64,000 nucleotides of DNA, taken from the human T2T-CHM13v2.0 reference genome, Homo sapiens. Made by a program: the position numbers and the translations under genes. Positions 11,343-29,899 of this stretch are shown one piece after another. The stretch is taken from the NCBI RefSeq assembly GCF_009914755.1, contig NC_060930.1. The stretch is one strand, 5' to 3'. Positions within the stretch are counted from its first letter, which is position 1. Every line of letters starts with the position of its first letter. Under the pieces are notes generated by a model. It searched no databases and was not told the origin of the DNA. It saw only the letters and a program-made list of their open reading frames with translations.

Positions 11343-14300
11343 TAATTTCAGACTTTCAACCAATAAAAATTTTAAAAAAAGAAGGGCATTGTGTGATGGT
11401 AAAGAGTTCAATTTAACAAGAAGGTCTAACTATCATAAATATATATGCACCCAACACAAAATCACCAGATTCAAAAAGAAAATTCTTAGTGACCTCCAAA
11501 GAGACTTAGACTCCCACACAAAAATAGTGGGAGACTTCAACACCCCACTGACAGTGTTAGACAGATCATCCAGACAAAAATTACAAAGATATTCAGAACC
11601 TGAACTCAGCCCAGTACCAAATGGGCCTGAGAGACATCTACAGGACTCTCCATCCAAAATCACCAGAATATACATTCTTCTAATTGCCATATGGCACATA
11701 CTCTAAAATTGACCACACAATTGGACATAAAACCATCCTCAGCAAATGGAAAAGAACTGAAATCATACCAAACACTCTCTCAGACCACAGTACAATAAAA
11801 CTAGAGATAAAGACTAAGACAGTGGCCCCAAACCATACAATTACATGGAAATTAAATAAACTGCTCCTGAATGGCTTTTGGGTTAAGTAATGAAATTAAA
11901 GCAGAAGTCAAGAAACTTTGAAACTAATGAGAACCAAGATACAACATATCAGAATATCTGGGACACTGCTAAGGCAGAGTTAAGAGAGAAATTTATAGCA
12001 CTAAATGCTCACATCAAAAAGTTAGAAAGATCTCAATGTAACAACCTAACCTCACAACTAAAAGAAGTAGAGAACCAAGAGCAAACCAACCCCAAAGCCG
12101 GAAGAAGACAAGAAATAACCAAAATCAGAGCTGAACTAAATAAGACTGAGATGCAAAAAACCATTCAAAAGATCAACAAATCCAAGAGTTGTTTTTTTGG
12201 AAAAAATTAATAAAAATAGACTGCTCGCCAGACTAATAAGGAATAAAAGAGAGAGAATCCAAATAAATACAATTAGAAACAACAAAGGGATATTACCACT
12301 GACCCCACAGAAATACAAAGAACCATAAGCAACTATTATGAACACCTCTATGCACAAAAACTGGAAAATCTAGAAGAAATGAATAAATACCTGAACACAT
12401 ACACCCTCCCAAGACTGAACTAGGAAGAAATTGAATCCCTGAAAAGATCAATAACAGGCTCCAAAATTGAATCAGTAATAAATAGCCTACCAACCAAAAA
12501 ATCTGAGGTTCACACAGATTCGTAGCCAATTTCTATCAGAGCTGGTACCATTCTTACTGAAACTGATAAAAAAAATTAAGAAGGAGGGACTCCTCCCTAA
12601 CTCATTCTATGAGTCCAGCATCATCCTGATACCAAAACCTGGCAGAACAACAACAACAACAAAAAAAAAAAAAGAAAAGAAAATTTCATGCCAATATCCT
12701 TGAGGAACGTTGATGCAAAATCCTCAACAAAATACTGGAAAACCAAATCCAGCCATACATCAAAAAGCATATCGATCACAATCAAGTAGGCTTTATCCCT
12801 GGGATGCAAGGTTGAGTCAATATATGCAAATCAATAAATGTGATTCATCACATAAATATAACTAAAGACAAAAACCATGATATTATCTCAATAGATACAG
12901 CAAAGGCTTCTGATAAAATTCAACACCTCTTCTGTTAAAATCTCTCAATAAATCAGTTATTGAAGAAACAAATAGTAAGACCCATCTAAGACAAACCTAC
13001 AGTCAACAGAATACTAAATCGACAAAAGCTGGAAGCATTCCCTTTAAAAGAAAAAAAAAGAGCACAAGACAAGGATGCCCTCTGTCACCACTCCTATTCA
13101 ATATAGTATTGGAAGTCCTGGTTGAGCAATCAGGCAAGTGAAAGGAATAAAGGGCATCCAAATAGGAAGAGAGGAAGTAAAACTATCCCTGTTTGCAGAT
13201 GACACAATGCTATATCTAGAAAACCTCATAGTCTCAGCCCAAAAGAGCCATAACCTGATAAACAACTTCAGCAACTTCAGGATACAAAAATCAATTTATA
13301 AAAATCACTAGCATTCCTATATATCAACAACAGTCAAGCCAAGAGCCAAATCAGGAATGCAATCCCATTCACAACTGCCACAAAAAGAATAAAATACCAA
13401 GGAATAGAGCTAACCAGGGAGATGAAAGAGCTCTACAACAAGAACTACAAAACACTGTTCAAAGAAATCAGACATGACACAAACAAATATAAAAACATTC
13501 CACACTCATGTATAGGAACAATCAGTATTGTTGAAATGACCATGCTGTCCAAAGCAATTTACAGATTCAGTGCTATTCCTGTCAAACTACTATGACGTTC
13601 TTCATGGAACTAGAAAAAACTATTTTAAATTTCATATGGAACAAATAAGAGCCCAAATAGCCATGGCAATCCTAAGCAAAAACAACAAAACTACAGGCAT
13701 CACACTACCTGACATCAAACTATACTACAGGGCTAGAGTAACCAAAACAGCATGGAATGGGTACAAAAACAGACACATAGACCAATAGAACAGAATGGAG
13801 AGCACAGAAAAAAGGCTGCACATGTACAACCATCTGATCTTTGACAAACCTGACAAAAACAAGCAAAGGGAAAAAGACTCCCTATTCAATAAATGGTACT
13901 GGTACTGGGATAGTTGGCTAGCCATGTGCAGAAGATTGAAACTAGACCCCTTCCTTACACCATATTCAAAAATCAACTCAAGATGGATTAAAAGTGGGCA
14001 AAGGTCATGAAAAGACCCTTCTCAAAAGAAGACATTTACGTGACCAACAAACACATGAGAAAAAGCTCAACATCACTGATCATTAGAGAAATGGAAATCA
14101 AAACCACAATGGAATACCATCTCACACTAGTCATAATGGTGATTATTAAAAAGTCAAGAAACAACAAATGCTGGTGAGGCTGTGGAGAAATATGAATGCT
14201 TTTACACTGTTGGTGGATATGTAAATTAGTTCAACCATTGTGGAAGAGAGGCTAGCGATTCCTCAAATACCTAGAGGCAGAAATACCATTTGACCCAGCA

Positions 14301-15956
14301 ATCCCATCACTGGGTATATAGCCAAAGGAATATAAATCAATCTGTTATAAAGATACATGCACACATATGTTCACTGCAGCACTATTCACAATACCAAAGA
14401 CATAGAATCAACCCAAATGCCCATCAATTATAGACTGGACAAAGAAAATGCAGTACATATACACCATAGAATACTGTGCATTTATAAAAAGGAATGAGAT
14501 GATGTCCTTTGCAGGGATGTGGATGAAGCTGGAAGCTGTTATCCTCAGCAAACTAACACAGGAACAGAAAACCAAACACTGCATGTTCTCACTTACAAGT
14601 GGGAGCTAGGCAATGAGAACACGTGGACACAAGAAGGGAAACAAGACACACTGGGTCCTATTGGGGGAACAGGGGGAGGGAGAGCATCAGGAAAAATAGC
14701 TTACGCACTCTGGGCTTAATCCCTAGGTGATGGGTTGATAGATGCAGCAAATCACCATGGCACATGTTTACCTATGTAACAAACCTGCACATCCTGCACA
14801 TGTATTCTGGAACTTAAAATAAAATAAATTAAAATAAAGACTTAAATGTAAAACTCAAAGCTAGAAAATCCATGGAAGAATGGCAATACCATTCTGGACA
14901 CAGGAACAGGCAAAGATTTCATGACAAAGACACCCAAACCAGTTGCAACAAAAGCAAAAATTGACAAATGGGACCTAATTAAATGAAAGAGCCTCTGCCC
15001 AGCAAAAGAAACTATCAGCCAAATAAACAGACAACCTACAGATGAGAGAAAATTTTTGCAAACTATGCATCTGACAAAGATTCAATATTCAGCATCTAAG
15101 GAAGTTAAACAAATTTACAAGAAAAGGAATAAATATCCCCATTAAAAATATGGCAAAAGACATGATCACACCCTTTTCAAAAGAAGACATGCATGTGTTC
15201 AACAGGCACATGAAAAAAATCTCAACATCACTGACCACTGGAAAAATGCAAATCAAATCCACAATGAGATACTATCTCACAGCAGTCAGAATGGCTATTA
15301 TTAAAAAGTCAAAAAATAACAGACGCTGGTGAGGTTGCAGAAAAAAGGGAATGCTTAGACACTCTTGGTGGGAGTGTGAATTAGTTCAACCATTGTGGAA
15401 AGCAGTGTGATAATTCCTCAAAGAAATTAAAATGGAACTACCATTCAACCCAGCAATCCCATTATTGGGCACATACCCAGAGTAATGTCAATCATTCTGT
15501 CATAAAGACACATGCATGCATACATTCATTGCAGCACTATTCACAATAGCAAAGTCATGGAATTAACCTAGGTGGATTAAAAAAAAAACGTAGTACATAT
15601 GGACCATGAAATACTATGCAGACATAAAAAAGAATAAAATCATGTTCTTTTTAGGAACATGAATGGAGCTGGAAGCCGTTATCCTTAGCAAACTAACATT
15701 AATGAAAATTCTGTATCTTTTCATCTATAAGTGGGAGCTAAATGATGAGAACACACGGACACAAAAAGGGAAACAACACACACTGGGGCCTACTAGAGGA
15801 TAGAGGGTGGGAGGAGGATGAGGATCAGGAAAAATAACTAATGAATACTAGGCTTAAGACTTGGGTTCTGAAATAATTTGCACAACAAACCCCCATGACA
15901 TGAGTTTACCTATATAACAAACCTGGATGTGTAACCCTGAATTTAAAAGTTTAAAA
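11343..15956 (+). mobile_element. 5'-truncated L1 (L1PA13-like), interrupted by a younger L1
   Basis: Degenerate ORF2 from endonuclease (VGDFNTPL) to 3'UTR ggatcaggaaaaataactaatg..caaacccccatgaca; degenerate TSD aaaagaaaatgtg (11330) / aaaagcaaacgtg (15956). Confidence 0.92.
13992..14838 (+). mobile_element. Nested L1 3' end (L1PA10/11-like)
   Basis: Host ORF2 breaks at agatggattaaa and resumes at gacttaaatgtaaaa (14839); insert has its own 3'UTR (gagagcatcaggaaaaatagc) and A-rich tail. Confidence 0.9.
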
Positions 15957-16220
15957 AAAGCAAACGTGGTATTCCATAAGAGAAAGAAACCCATAATTGA
16001 ATATTTTCTGTTCCTTGAAAAATAAAAATATCATACTATTTCAGATAATTCATTTCTCATATAGCTCATGATATTTCTGCCCTTTAGGGCAAGTCTGAGA
16101 ACAATATCAATCTTTAAGTAAACACAAAATGTTTGAAATTTTATTATTTTTCTAATTGTTACTTATTCATCCAGAATTTTATGTATGTTAGAAGGCTATT
16201 AAGAATGCAGAAAGGTTTTC

Positions 16221-17249
16221 CCAAGATGGCCGAATAGGAACAGCTCCAGTCTGCAGCTCCCAGCATGATCGATGCAGAAGATGGGTGGTTTCTGCATTTC
16301 CAACTGAGGTACCCAGTTCATCTCACTGAGACTGGTTGGACAGTGGGTGCAGCCCATGCAGGGCAAGCCGAAGCAGGGTGGGGCACCACCTCACTCTGAA
16401 AGTGCAAGGGTTTGGGGGATTTCCGTTTCCTAGCCAAGGGAAGTCGTGACACACTGTACCTGGAAAAACGGGACACTCCCACTCAAATACTGCACTTTTC
16501 CAACGGTCTTAGCAAACAGCACACCAGCAGATTATATCCCACACCTGGCTTGGTGGGTCCCACACCCATGGAGCCTTGCTCACTGCTAGCACAGCAGTAT
16601 GAAATCAACCTGTGAAGCAGCAGCCCAGCAGTGGGAGGGGCGTCCGCCATTGCTGAGGCTTGAGTAGGTAAACAAACTGGCCCAAAAACTCAAACTGGGT
16701 GGAGCCCACTGCAGCGCAGTTAGTCTGGCTGCCTCTATAAACTCCACCTCGGGGAGCAAGGCATAGCTGAACAAAAGGCAGCAGAAACTTCTGCAGTCTT
16801 AAATATCCCTGTCTGAGAGCTCTGAAGAGAGCAGTGGTCCTCCCAGTACAGTGCTTGAGCTCTGAGAATGGACAGACTGCCTCCTCAAGGGTGTCCCTGA
16901 CCCCCATGTAGCCTAACTAGGAGACACCTCCTAGTAAGGGCCGGCTGACACCTCATACAGGTGGGTGCCCCTCTGGGACAAAGTTTCCAGAGGAAGGATA
17001 AGGCAGCAATATTTGCTGTTCAGCAATATTTGCTGTTCAGTACCCTCTGCTGGTCATACCCAGGCAAACAGGGTCTGGAGTGGACCTCCAGCAAACTCCG
17101 ACAGACCTGTAGCTGAGGGACCTGACTGTTAGAAGGAAAACTAACAAACGGAAAGGAATAACATCAACATCAACAAAAAGGACATGTACACCAAAACCCC
17201 ATCTGTAGGTCACCAATATCAAAGACCAAAGGTAGATAAAACCACAAAG
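16221..17249 (+). promoter_or_regulatory. L1 5'UTR (internal sense promoter with YY1 site; antisense promoter region)
   Basis: YY1 motif caagatggccg intact at the 5' end; many CpGs decayed; activity unknown. Confidence 0.6.
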
Positions 17250-18270
17250 ATGGGGAGAAACCAGAGCAGAAAAGCTGAAAATTCTAAAAACCAGAGCGCC
17301 TCTTCTCCTCCAAAGGATTGCAGCTCCTCACCAGCAACAGAACAAAGCCGGACAGAGAATGACTTTGACGAATTGACAGAAGTAGGCTTCAGAAGGTCAG
17401 TAATAACAAACTCTGAGCTAAAGGAGGATGTTAGAACCCATCACAAGGAAGCTAAAAACCTTGAAAAAAAGATCAGACGAATGGCTAACTAGAATAAACA
17501 GTGTAGAGAAGACCTTAAATGACCTGATGGAGCTGAAAACCATGGCATGAGAACTATGTGATGCATGCACAAGCTTCAATAGCTGAGTCGATCAAGTGGA
17601 AGAAAGGGTATCAGTGATTGAATATCAAGCTAATGAAATAAAGTGAGAAGACAAGTTTAGAGAAAAAAGAGTAATAAGAAATGAACAATGCCTCCAAGAA
17701 ATATGGGACTATGTGAAAAGACCAATTCTACGTTTGATTGGTGTACCTGAAAGTGATAGGGAGAATGAAATCAAGTGGAAAACACTCTTCAGGATATTAT
17801 CCAGAATTTCCTGAACCTAGCAAGGCAGGCCAACATTCAAATTCAGGAAATACAGAGAAAACCACAAAGATACTCCTCGAGAAGAGCAAAACCAAGACAC
17901 ATAATTGTCAGACTCACCAAGATTTAAATGAAGGAAAAAATGTTAAGGGCACCCAGAGAGAAAGGTCTGGTTACCCACAAAAGGAAGCCCATCAAACTAA
18001 CAGTGGATCTCTTGGGAGAAACTCTACAAGCCAGAAGAGAGTGGGGGCCAATATTCAACATTCTTAAAGAAAAGAATTTTCAACCCAGAATTTCATATCC
18101 AGCCAAACTAAGCTTCATAAGTGAAGGAGAAATAAAATCCTTTACAGACAAGCAAATGCTGAGAGATTTTGTCACCACCAGGCCTGCCCTACAAGAGCTC
18201 CTGAAGGAAGCACTGAACATGGAAAGGAACAACTGGTACCAGCCAGTGCAAAAAACATGCCAAATTGTAA
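17250..18270 (+). pseudogene. L1 ORF1p, disrupted
   Basis: MGRNQSRKAENSKNQS.. and ..LKEKNFQPRISYPAKLSF.. lie in separate ORFs; frameshifts and stops. Confidence 0.92.
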
Positions 18271-18332
18271 AGCCCATTGATGCTAGGAAGAAACTGCATC
18301 AACTAATGGGCAAAATAACCAGCTAACATCAA

Positions 18333-22140
<3,808 letters not shown>

Positions 22141-22558
22141 ACAATAAGAACACTTGGACACAGGGAGGGGAATATCACACACTGGGGCCTGTCACTGGGT
22201 GGGGGACTGGGGGAGGTATATCATTAGGAGAAATACCCAATGTAAATGACGAGTTAATGGGTGCAACAAACCTGCACTTGTAACAAACCTGCACGTTGTG
22301 CACATGTACCCTAGAACTTAAAGTATAATTTTTAAAAAATGCAGAAAGGTTTTCAATTTCTTCTTGATTCAATCATGAGAGGTCAGGTGTTTCAAGGAAT
22401 GTATCCATTTCCTCTAGATTTTCTAGTTTGTTTGATAGAGGTGTTCAAAGTCTGAGGAACTTTTGTATTTCTGTGAGATGGGTTGCAATATCACCTTTGT
22501 CATTTTTTATTGTGCTTATTTGGATCTTTCCTATGTTTTACTTTGTTAATATAACTAG

Positions 22559-22941
<383 letters not shown>

Positions 22942-23986
22942 TGAATTTTTGGATCTCAATTTCATTCATTTTGGCTCTGTTTTTAGTTATTTATTTTCTT
23001 CTGTTATCTTTGCGGTTGGTTTTGTTCTTGTTTTTCTGGCTCTTTTATGTGCAATGTTAGATGATTAATTTGAGATTTTTCTAACATTTTAAGATAGGTG
23101 TTTCATGCTATAAACATTCCTCTTAACATTATTTTTATAGCATCCTGAAGATTTGGGTATGTTGTAACTCTATTTTCATTTATTTCAAAGATTTTTTAAA
23201 TTCCTGCTTAACTTTATTGTTAACCCAAAAATCATTCAATAATGAGTTCTGAAATTGAAACAGTAAGAAAAAAAAAACCTACCAATAAAAAAAAAAAAAC
23301 AAAAAACCTGGACCTGATAGATTCATAGCCGAATTTTACCAGTTGTGAAAAGAAGAGGTAGTACCAATTCTGCTAAACTAGTCAATGAGGAGGAGGAACT
23401 TTTCCCCAACTCATTCGGTGAAGCCAGCATCACTGTGATACCAAAACCTGCCAAAAACACAAGAAGAAGAAGAAACTACCAACCAATGTCGCTGAAGAAC
23501 ATACACACAAAAATTCTCAACAACATACTGGCAAACCAAAACCAGCAACACATCAAAAAGTTTAATTCACCACGATCAAGTTGGCTTTACTCCTGGGATG
23601 CAAGGTTGGTTCAACATACACATATCAATAAATATGATTCACCACATAAACAAAATCAAAAGCAAAAGCCGCATTATCATCAATAGATTCAGAAAAAGCT
23701 TTTGACAAAATCCAATCTCCTTTCATGATGAAACCCTCAACAAACTAGGCATTGAGGGAATATATATCAAAATAATAAGAGCCATTTATGACACACCCAC
23801 AGGCAACATCATGGTGAATGGGCAAAAGCTGGAACCCGTGACAACTGGAACAAGACAAAAATGCTCACTTACCACTCTTTGTAAAGTTTCAGGATAAAAA
23901 CTCAATGTAAAATAATCAATAGCAATTCTATACATCAATAACATTCAAGCTGAGAGCAAAATCAAGAAGGCAATCCCATTTACCAT

Positions 23987-23988
<2 letters not shown>

Positions 23989-24018
<30 letters not shown>
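23989..24018. repeat. (CA)n microsatellite
   Basis: Direct reading. Confidence 0.95.
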
Positions 24019-24020
<2 letters not shown>

Positions 24021-26099
24021 AGGAATACATCTAACCAAAAAGGTAAAAGATCTCTACAAGGAGAACTACAAAACACTACTGAAAGAAATCATAGATTACA
24101 CAAACAGTTGGAAAAACATTCCATGCTCCTCTTGGATTGGCAGAATCAGTATCATTAAAATGACCATGATACTCAAAGTAATCTACAGAATCAACATAAT
24201 TCCTATGAAACTACAAATGTCATTTTTCACAGAATTAGAAAAAAAGATTCTAAAATTCATACGGGACCACAGAGGATTCCAAATAGCCAAAGCAATCCTA
24301 AGCAAAAAGAACAAAGCTAGAGACATCATATTACCTGTCTTCAAACTACACTTTAAGCCTACAGTAGCCAAACAGCATGGTACTGGTACAAAAATAGACA
24401 CATAGACTAATGGAACAGAATAGAGAACCCAGAAGCAAAGCTACACACCTATGGCTATCTGATCTTTGAAAAGGATGACAAATATAAGCAATGGAGAAAG
24501 GACTCACTTTTCAAAAAATAATGCTGTGATCGCTGGCTAGCCATATACAGAAGAATGAATCTGGATCTCTACCTTTCACCATATACAAAAATTAACTCAA
24601 GAAGGATTAAAGATTTAAATGTAAGACTTCAAGCTACAAGAATCCTAGAAGATAACCTAAGAAAAACCATTCTGGACATCAGTCTTGGGAAAGAATTTAT
24701 GACTAAGTTCTCAAAAGCAATTGCAACAAAAAACAAAAATTGCCAAATGGGATCTAATTAAACTAAAGAGCTTCTGCATACCAAAAGGAACTATCAACAG
24801 AGTAAACAGACAATGTACAGAATGGGAGAAAATATTCACAAACTATGCATATGACAAAGGTCTACTATCCAGGAACTTACACAACTGAACAAGCAAAAAC
24901 CAAATAACCCCATTAAAAAATTGGCAAAAGACATAAATTAACACTTCTCAAAATAAGACATACAAGCTACAAGTGGCCAGCAAACATGAAAAGAATGCTC
25001 CACATCACCAACCATCAGAGAAATGAAAATCAAAACCACAGTGAGATACCATCTCACAGTAGTCAGAATGGCTTTTATTGAAATGTCAAAAAACAAAAGA
25101 TGCTTGCAAGGCTGCAAAGAAACAGGAATGCATATAAACTGCTGGTGGGAATGTAAATTAGTTCAGCCTCTGTGGAAAGAAGTTTGGAAATTTCTCAAGG
25201 AACTTAAAACAAAACTACCATTCAACCCAGCAATCCTACTACTGAATATATATCCAAAAGAAAATAAATTATTCTACCAAAAAGACACACACTTGTATGT
25301 TCATTACTGAGCTATTCACAATAGCAAAGATATGGAATCAACCTAGGTGCTCATCAATGGTGGATTAAAGACAATGTGGTACATATATATCAGAGAACAC
25401 TATGCAGCCATGAAAAGGAATTAAATCATATCCTTTGCAGCAACATGGTTGCAGCTGGAGAGCATTATCCTAAGTGAATTAACACAAGAACAGAAAAGCA
25501 AATGCCACATGTTCTCACTTACAAGTGGAAGGCAAACATTGGGTACTCATGGACATAAAGATGGCAGCTATAGACACTGGGGACTACTAATGAGAGGAGA
25601 GAAGGAGAGGGGTAAGGGTTGGAAAACTAATTATTGGGTATTATGCTAACTATCTGGGTGATGGGATCAGTTGTACCCCAAACTTCAGCATCATGCAATA
25701 TACCCATGAAACAAACTGACAAATTGTACCTTCTGAATCTAAAGTAAAAGTTTAAATGATTTAAAAAAACAGAAAATGCAGAAAGAGGGAAAAGAAACCT
25801 TTCAGTATTCAGAATAGATGTACTCAACTATTTGGGGGGACCACAGTGCTTTTTTTGGAGAAATATGTTTAAGTCACTATTTTATAAAAACTTTATCAAG
25901 TTTGGTTGCACAGTTCCTGCTTCCTAGCAAAATACATGAAAGCAGATAAATACTAAAGAAAGAAACAATAAAACTATACAGTTTGGTACATGAGCCCTAG
26001 CTTGTAGCAGTGGATGACTGTTTAGCATAAAGACAAATATTCCTCAAGGATTTTAGAGAATCTCAATGTATCACACTAGGCAATATTCATAAAGAGGAT

Positions 26100-26502
26100 C
26101 ATGCTTAGATTTGAAGCACAAGAAGGATTGGACATATCATTGTTGGCTTGGAGGAGAGGGCTAAGTGTCAAAGAATGTGGGTAGCCTCTAGTAGCTGAGT
26201 GTGGCCACTGGCTTACAGTCAGCAAGAAACAGAAACTGTAGTCCTATAACTACTTGGAATTATATTCTGCAAGCAATAATGAACATGAAGGGCAGTATTT
26301 CCTCAGAACCTCAGACAATAACTCAGACCAGTAACACCTTGATTTTGATACCCTGTATAAATACCTTTTAACACCCTAATTAGGGAATCTGGCCAGGCCA
26401 TGCCAGACTTCTGACCTACAGAACTGTGAGCTAAGAAATGGATGTTGTTTTAAGCAACTGTGTTTGTAGTAGCTTGTAAAGTAGCAATAGAGAACTAATG
26501 TA
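26100..26502 (+). mobile_element. MaLR LTR (MLT1E-like)
   Basis: gaatgtgggtagcctctagtagctgag..cagcaagaaac..gacttctgacctacagaactgtgag..agcaatagagaactaat. Confidence 0.85.
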
Positions 26503-26504
26503 AC

Positions 26505-27325
26505 GCTGCTTTACATTCCCATGTGAACTTTTAAATTGGTTTGTCAATTTCTACAAAAAAAATCTACTAAATTTTTGAATGAAATTGTGGATAATCAAAA
26601 GATACGTTTGGAAAAGAATTGCCACCTTAACAATATTGAATCTTCTGACTCATCAACAGGAAATAGCTCTTCATTTATGTCAGCCTTCTTTACTTCCTCT
26701 CAATAATATTTTGTAGTTTCAAGAAACTTACTAGTCCTTGACATCATTTGTCAGATTTATCCAAAGTATTCCATATTTAGTTTTAATTTTAAATGATATT
26801 TTAAAATTTCATTTTCTAATTACTCATTGCTAGAATATAAAAATACAACTGATTCTGTATATTGATCTTATATTCTGTAGCCTTGATAAACTCACTTAGT
26901 TCTACAAGCATTTTTGTAGATTCTGTCAGATTTACTGCATAGACAATTATGTCAACTGAAAATAATGACAGGCATATTTCTGCCCTTCCAATCTGAAGGC
27001 CTTGTTTTGTTTTGTTTTGTTTTGCTTTGCCTGAAGGTACCAGATATAACCTCTACTATAGTTGAATAGAAGTGGTAAGAACAGACGCTTTTTTTGTTTG
27101 TTTGTTTCTTATCTTAGGCAAAAAGGATTCAGTATTTCACCATTAAGTATAATGTTAGCTGTAGGCTTTTTGAAAATTATCTTTATTAGGTTAAAGTAGT
27201 TTACTTCAATCCCAAGTTTCTGAGTGTTTTATGAGGAATGAATGTTGACTTTGTCAAATGCTTTTTCTGCATCTTTTGACTTGATTCTTTTTTCTCTTTT
27301 AGGCTTGTTCATGTGGTGAATCATT
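26505..27325 (-). mobile_element. Old L1M ORF2 (RT region) fragment
   Basis: ttgtcaatttctacaaaaaa..ttaacaatattgaatcttc..gttgaatagaagtggtaagaacagac..tcaccattaagtataatgttagctgtagg. Confidence 0.88.
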
Positions 27326-28065
27326 TTATCACAAATTAATTAAAACCTGAGGCTTGCTCTCAAACTGTAGTATTATTTTAGAGTCTTCAAAACTAAGATA
27401 TAATACACTTGTATTAGAATCTCCTTTTCAGTTACAATTTCCTCAGGGAATTTAAAGACATGCTTACAAGCTCTTCTTTAGGCTCCATTAAGACCTTCTG
27501 AGTGTTTGCCACCCTGGCAAAGTGGCAATGGTGGGTGGGAGGCTATAGAAGTAACCAGTAGAGATAATGGAGAATGGTACTATTTTGAGTGTCATCTTCC
27601 TTAAGTTTTAAAGCACTGTTATTGAATAAAACCAAAGATATAATGCTAATAAGATTCAAAATGAAGTTTGTGAAATAGGCAAAATAATTGAAATCATTTA
27701 ACGTATAATATGTTTAATATCATCACACGGTGCAGAATCATGTGCCGAGGTTTGGTTTCTCTGAAATGGATAAATGTTTTGATGCTGAATATGAGATTTT
27801 TAAAAGGAATGATCACAGAGTGCAAGCTGCTTTATGACTGACTTTGTTTTTCTGATGTGGTCTTGAGCAGTAAACTAACTATATATTGAAAATGTGAAAC
27901 AAATCATCTTCCAGCATGGAAAATCGCACACAGCAGTTATCATTGGCAGAGAAATGAATAAAAGATAAAATTAATTCAATGATATATTTTAACAGCCTCC
28001 TCCTCCAAATCAACAAATATAATGTGGTTTAAAAATTGAAATTGGCATTGTGGAATTTAGGTAGG

Positions 28066-28390
28066 TTTTTTTTGTTTGTTTGTTTTTGTTGTTTTGTTTT
28101 GTTTTTGTTTTTGAGACAGAGTCTTGCTCTGTCATCCAGGCTGGAGTGCAGTGGTACAATCGACTCACCACAACCTCCGCCTCCCAGGTTAAGCAATTCT
28201 CATGCCTCAGCCTCTCGAGCAGCTGGAATTACAGGTACATGCCACCATGCCCGGCTAATTTTTGTAGTTTCAGTAGAGACGGGGCTTCACCATGTTGCCC
28301 AGGTTGGTCCTGAACTCCTCGCCTCAAGTGATCCACCAACCTGGGCCTCTCAAGGTGCCAGGATTACAGGTGTGAGCCACCACACCTGGC
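28066..28390 (-). mobile_element. AluJ (Jb-like)
   Basis: Full dimer, gcctcaagtgatcc diagnostic, (TTTG)n tail, degenerate TSD tggaatttaggtag/tggaattcgggtag. Confidence 0.9.
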
Positions 28391-28623
28391 TGGAATTCGG
28401 GTAGTTTTTATTCTAGTATCAATAATTATTTTTCGTTTAAACAGTACATATCTAAGTCCACCCTAGAATCCATTTGATTAAGTTTGCCTTAGTTGTTATG
28501 TGTTTGAGGGAGTTCCAATGAAGTCTTCGTAGACTGTTCATACTTTATCTGTTCTCTTCAATCACAACAGACTGAATTTTTGTTACACATGAAGCTGCCA
28601 GTCTATTCTATCTGAAATGCATC

Positions 28624-29172
28624 TGTATTAGTTAGGGTTCTCTAAATGGACAGAACTTAATAGGATATATGTGTATATGAAGGGGAGTTTGTTAGGAGAA
28701 TTGACTCACATGACCACTAGGTGAAGTCCCACAATAGGCCATCTGCAAGCTGAGGAGCAAGGAAGCCAGTGCGAGACCGAAAACCTCAAAGTAGGGAAGC
28801 CAGTGGTGCAAACTTCAATTTGTGGCCGAAGGCCTGAGACCCCCTGTCAAACCACTGGTGTAAGTCTAAGTGTCTAAAAGCTGAAGAACTTGGAGTCTGA
28901 TGTTTGAGGAAGGAAGCATCCAGCACGAAAGAAAGATGAAGGCTGGAAGACTCAGCAAATCAAATCTCATTGCACTTTCTTCTGCCTGCTTTATTCTAGC
29001 CGCACTAGCAGTTGATTAGATGGGGCCTACCCAGACTGAGGGTGGGTTTGCCTCTCCCAGTCCACTGACTCAAGTGTTAATCTCCTTTGGCAACACCTTC
29101 ACAGACACACCCAGGAACAATACTTTGCATCCTTCAATCCAATTAAGTTGACACTCAATATTAAACATCACT
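28624..29172 (-). mobile_element. ERVL solo LTR MLT2A2
   Basis: tgtattagttagggttctct..agtagggaagcc..ggccgaaggcc..aagttgacactcaatattaaacatcac; 549 bp; 5-bp TSD gcatc. Confidence 0.9.
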
Positions 29173-29560
29173 GCATCTAAGTTGTCATCATCCTATTCAG
29201 ATTTTTTCAGTAAGTTCCTATTGGCCACAGAATGAAGGCCAAAGCAATTAGTTTTATATCCAGGATTCTCTGGAACCTGCTACTGAACTACCTTTCCTAT
29301 ATTACTTTCCAAGCTTTTCCCATTAATAACCCAAAATGCTAGACACATTGGAAAACTTAATACATCTTTTAAGAACTTCACATTTTTCACAGCTTTGATT
29401 CTGTTCTCTTTTCCTGGATTTTATCTATTGTCCATCATTTTATGCTAAAAAGATCTCTAGATTGCAGATACTAGCTCAAATGATATGTCCTTCAAACTCT
29501 TCCTGATGATTTTTCAAGAGAATTATCAAAATGTTCATTTGAATCACCTTGTCTTTGACC
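29173..29560 (+). mobile_element. L2 relic
   Basis: cagaatgaaggccaaa..gattctgttctcttttcctgga..tagctcaaatg..aaactcttcctgat. Confidence 0.5.
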
Positions 29561-29899
29561 ATTACAGGTGGAGTATCCCTTATCCAAAATGCTTGAAACC
29601 AGAAGTGTTTCAGATTTCTTTTTTTTTCTTTTTTTTGGATTTTGGAATATTTGCATTTACATACCTAAATCTAAACATGAAATTCATTTATGTTTTATAT
29701 ACACCTTATACACATAGCCTAAGGTATTTTTATATGTTTTAAATAATTTTGTGCATGAAACAGAGTTTGTACACATTGAACCATCAGAAACCATAGGTGA
29801 CACCATCTCAGCCGCACATGTGGACAATCTGTGGTTGTTTGGCTTCACAGTCTGTCATTGTTTTTATCAGCTTTTAAACAACAGCAACAACAATCAACA

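Noticed and set aside
17004-17040. 17-bp tandem repeat in the L1 5'UTR
   Set aside because: As I recall, part of the L1PA7/8-type consensus rather than locus-specific.
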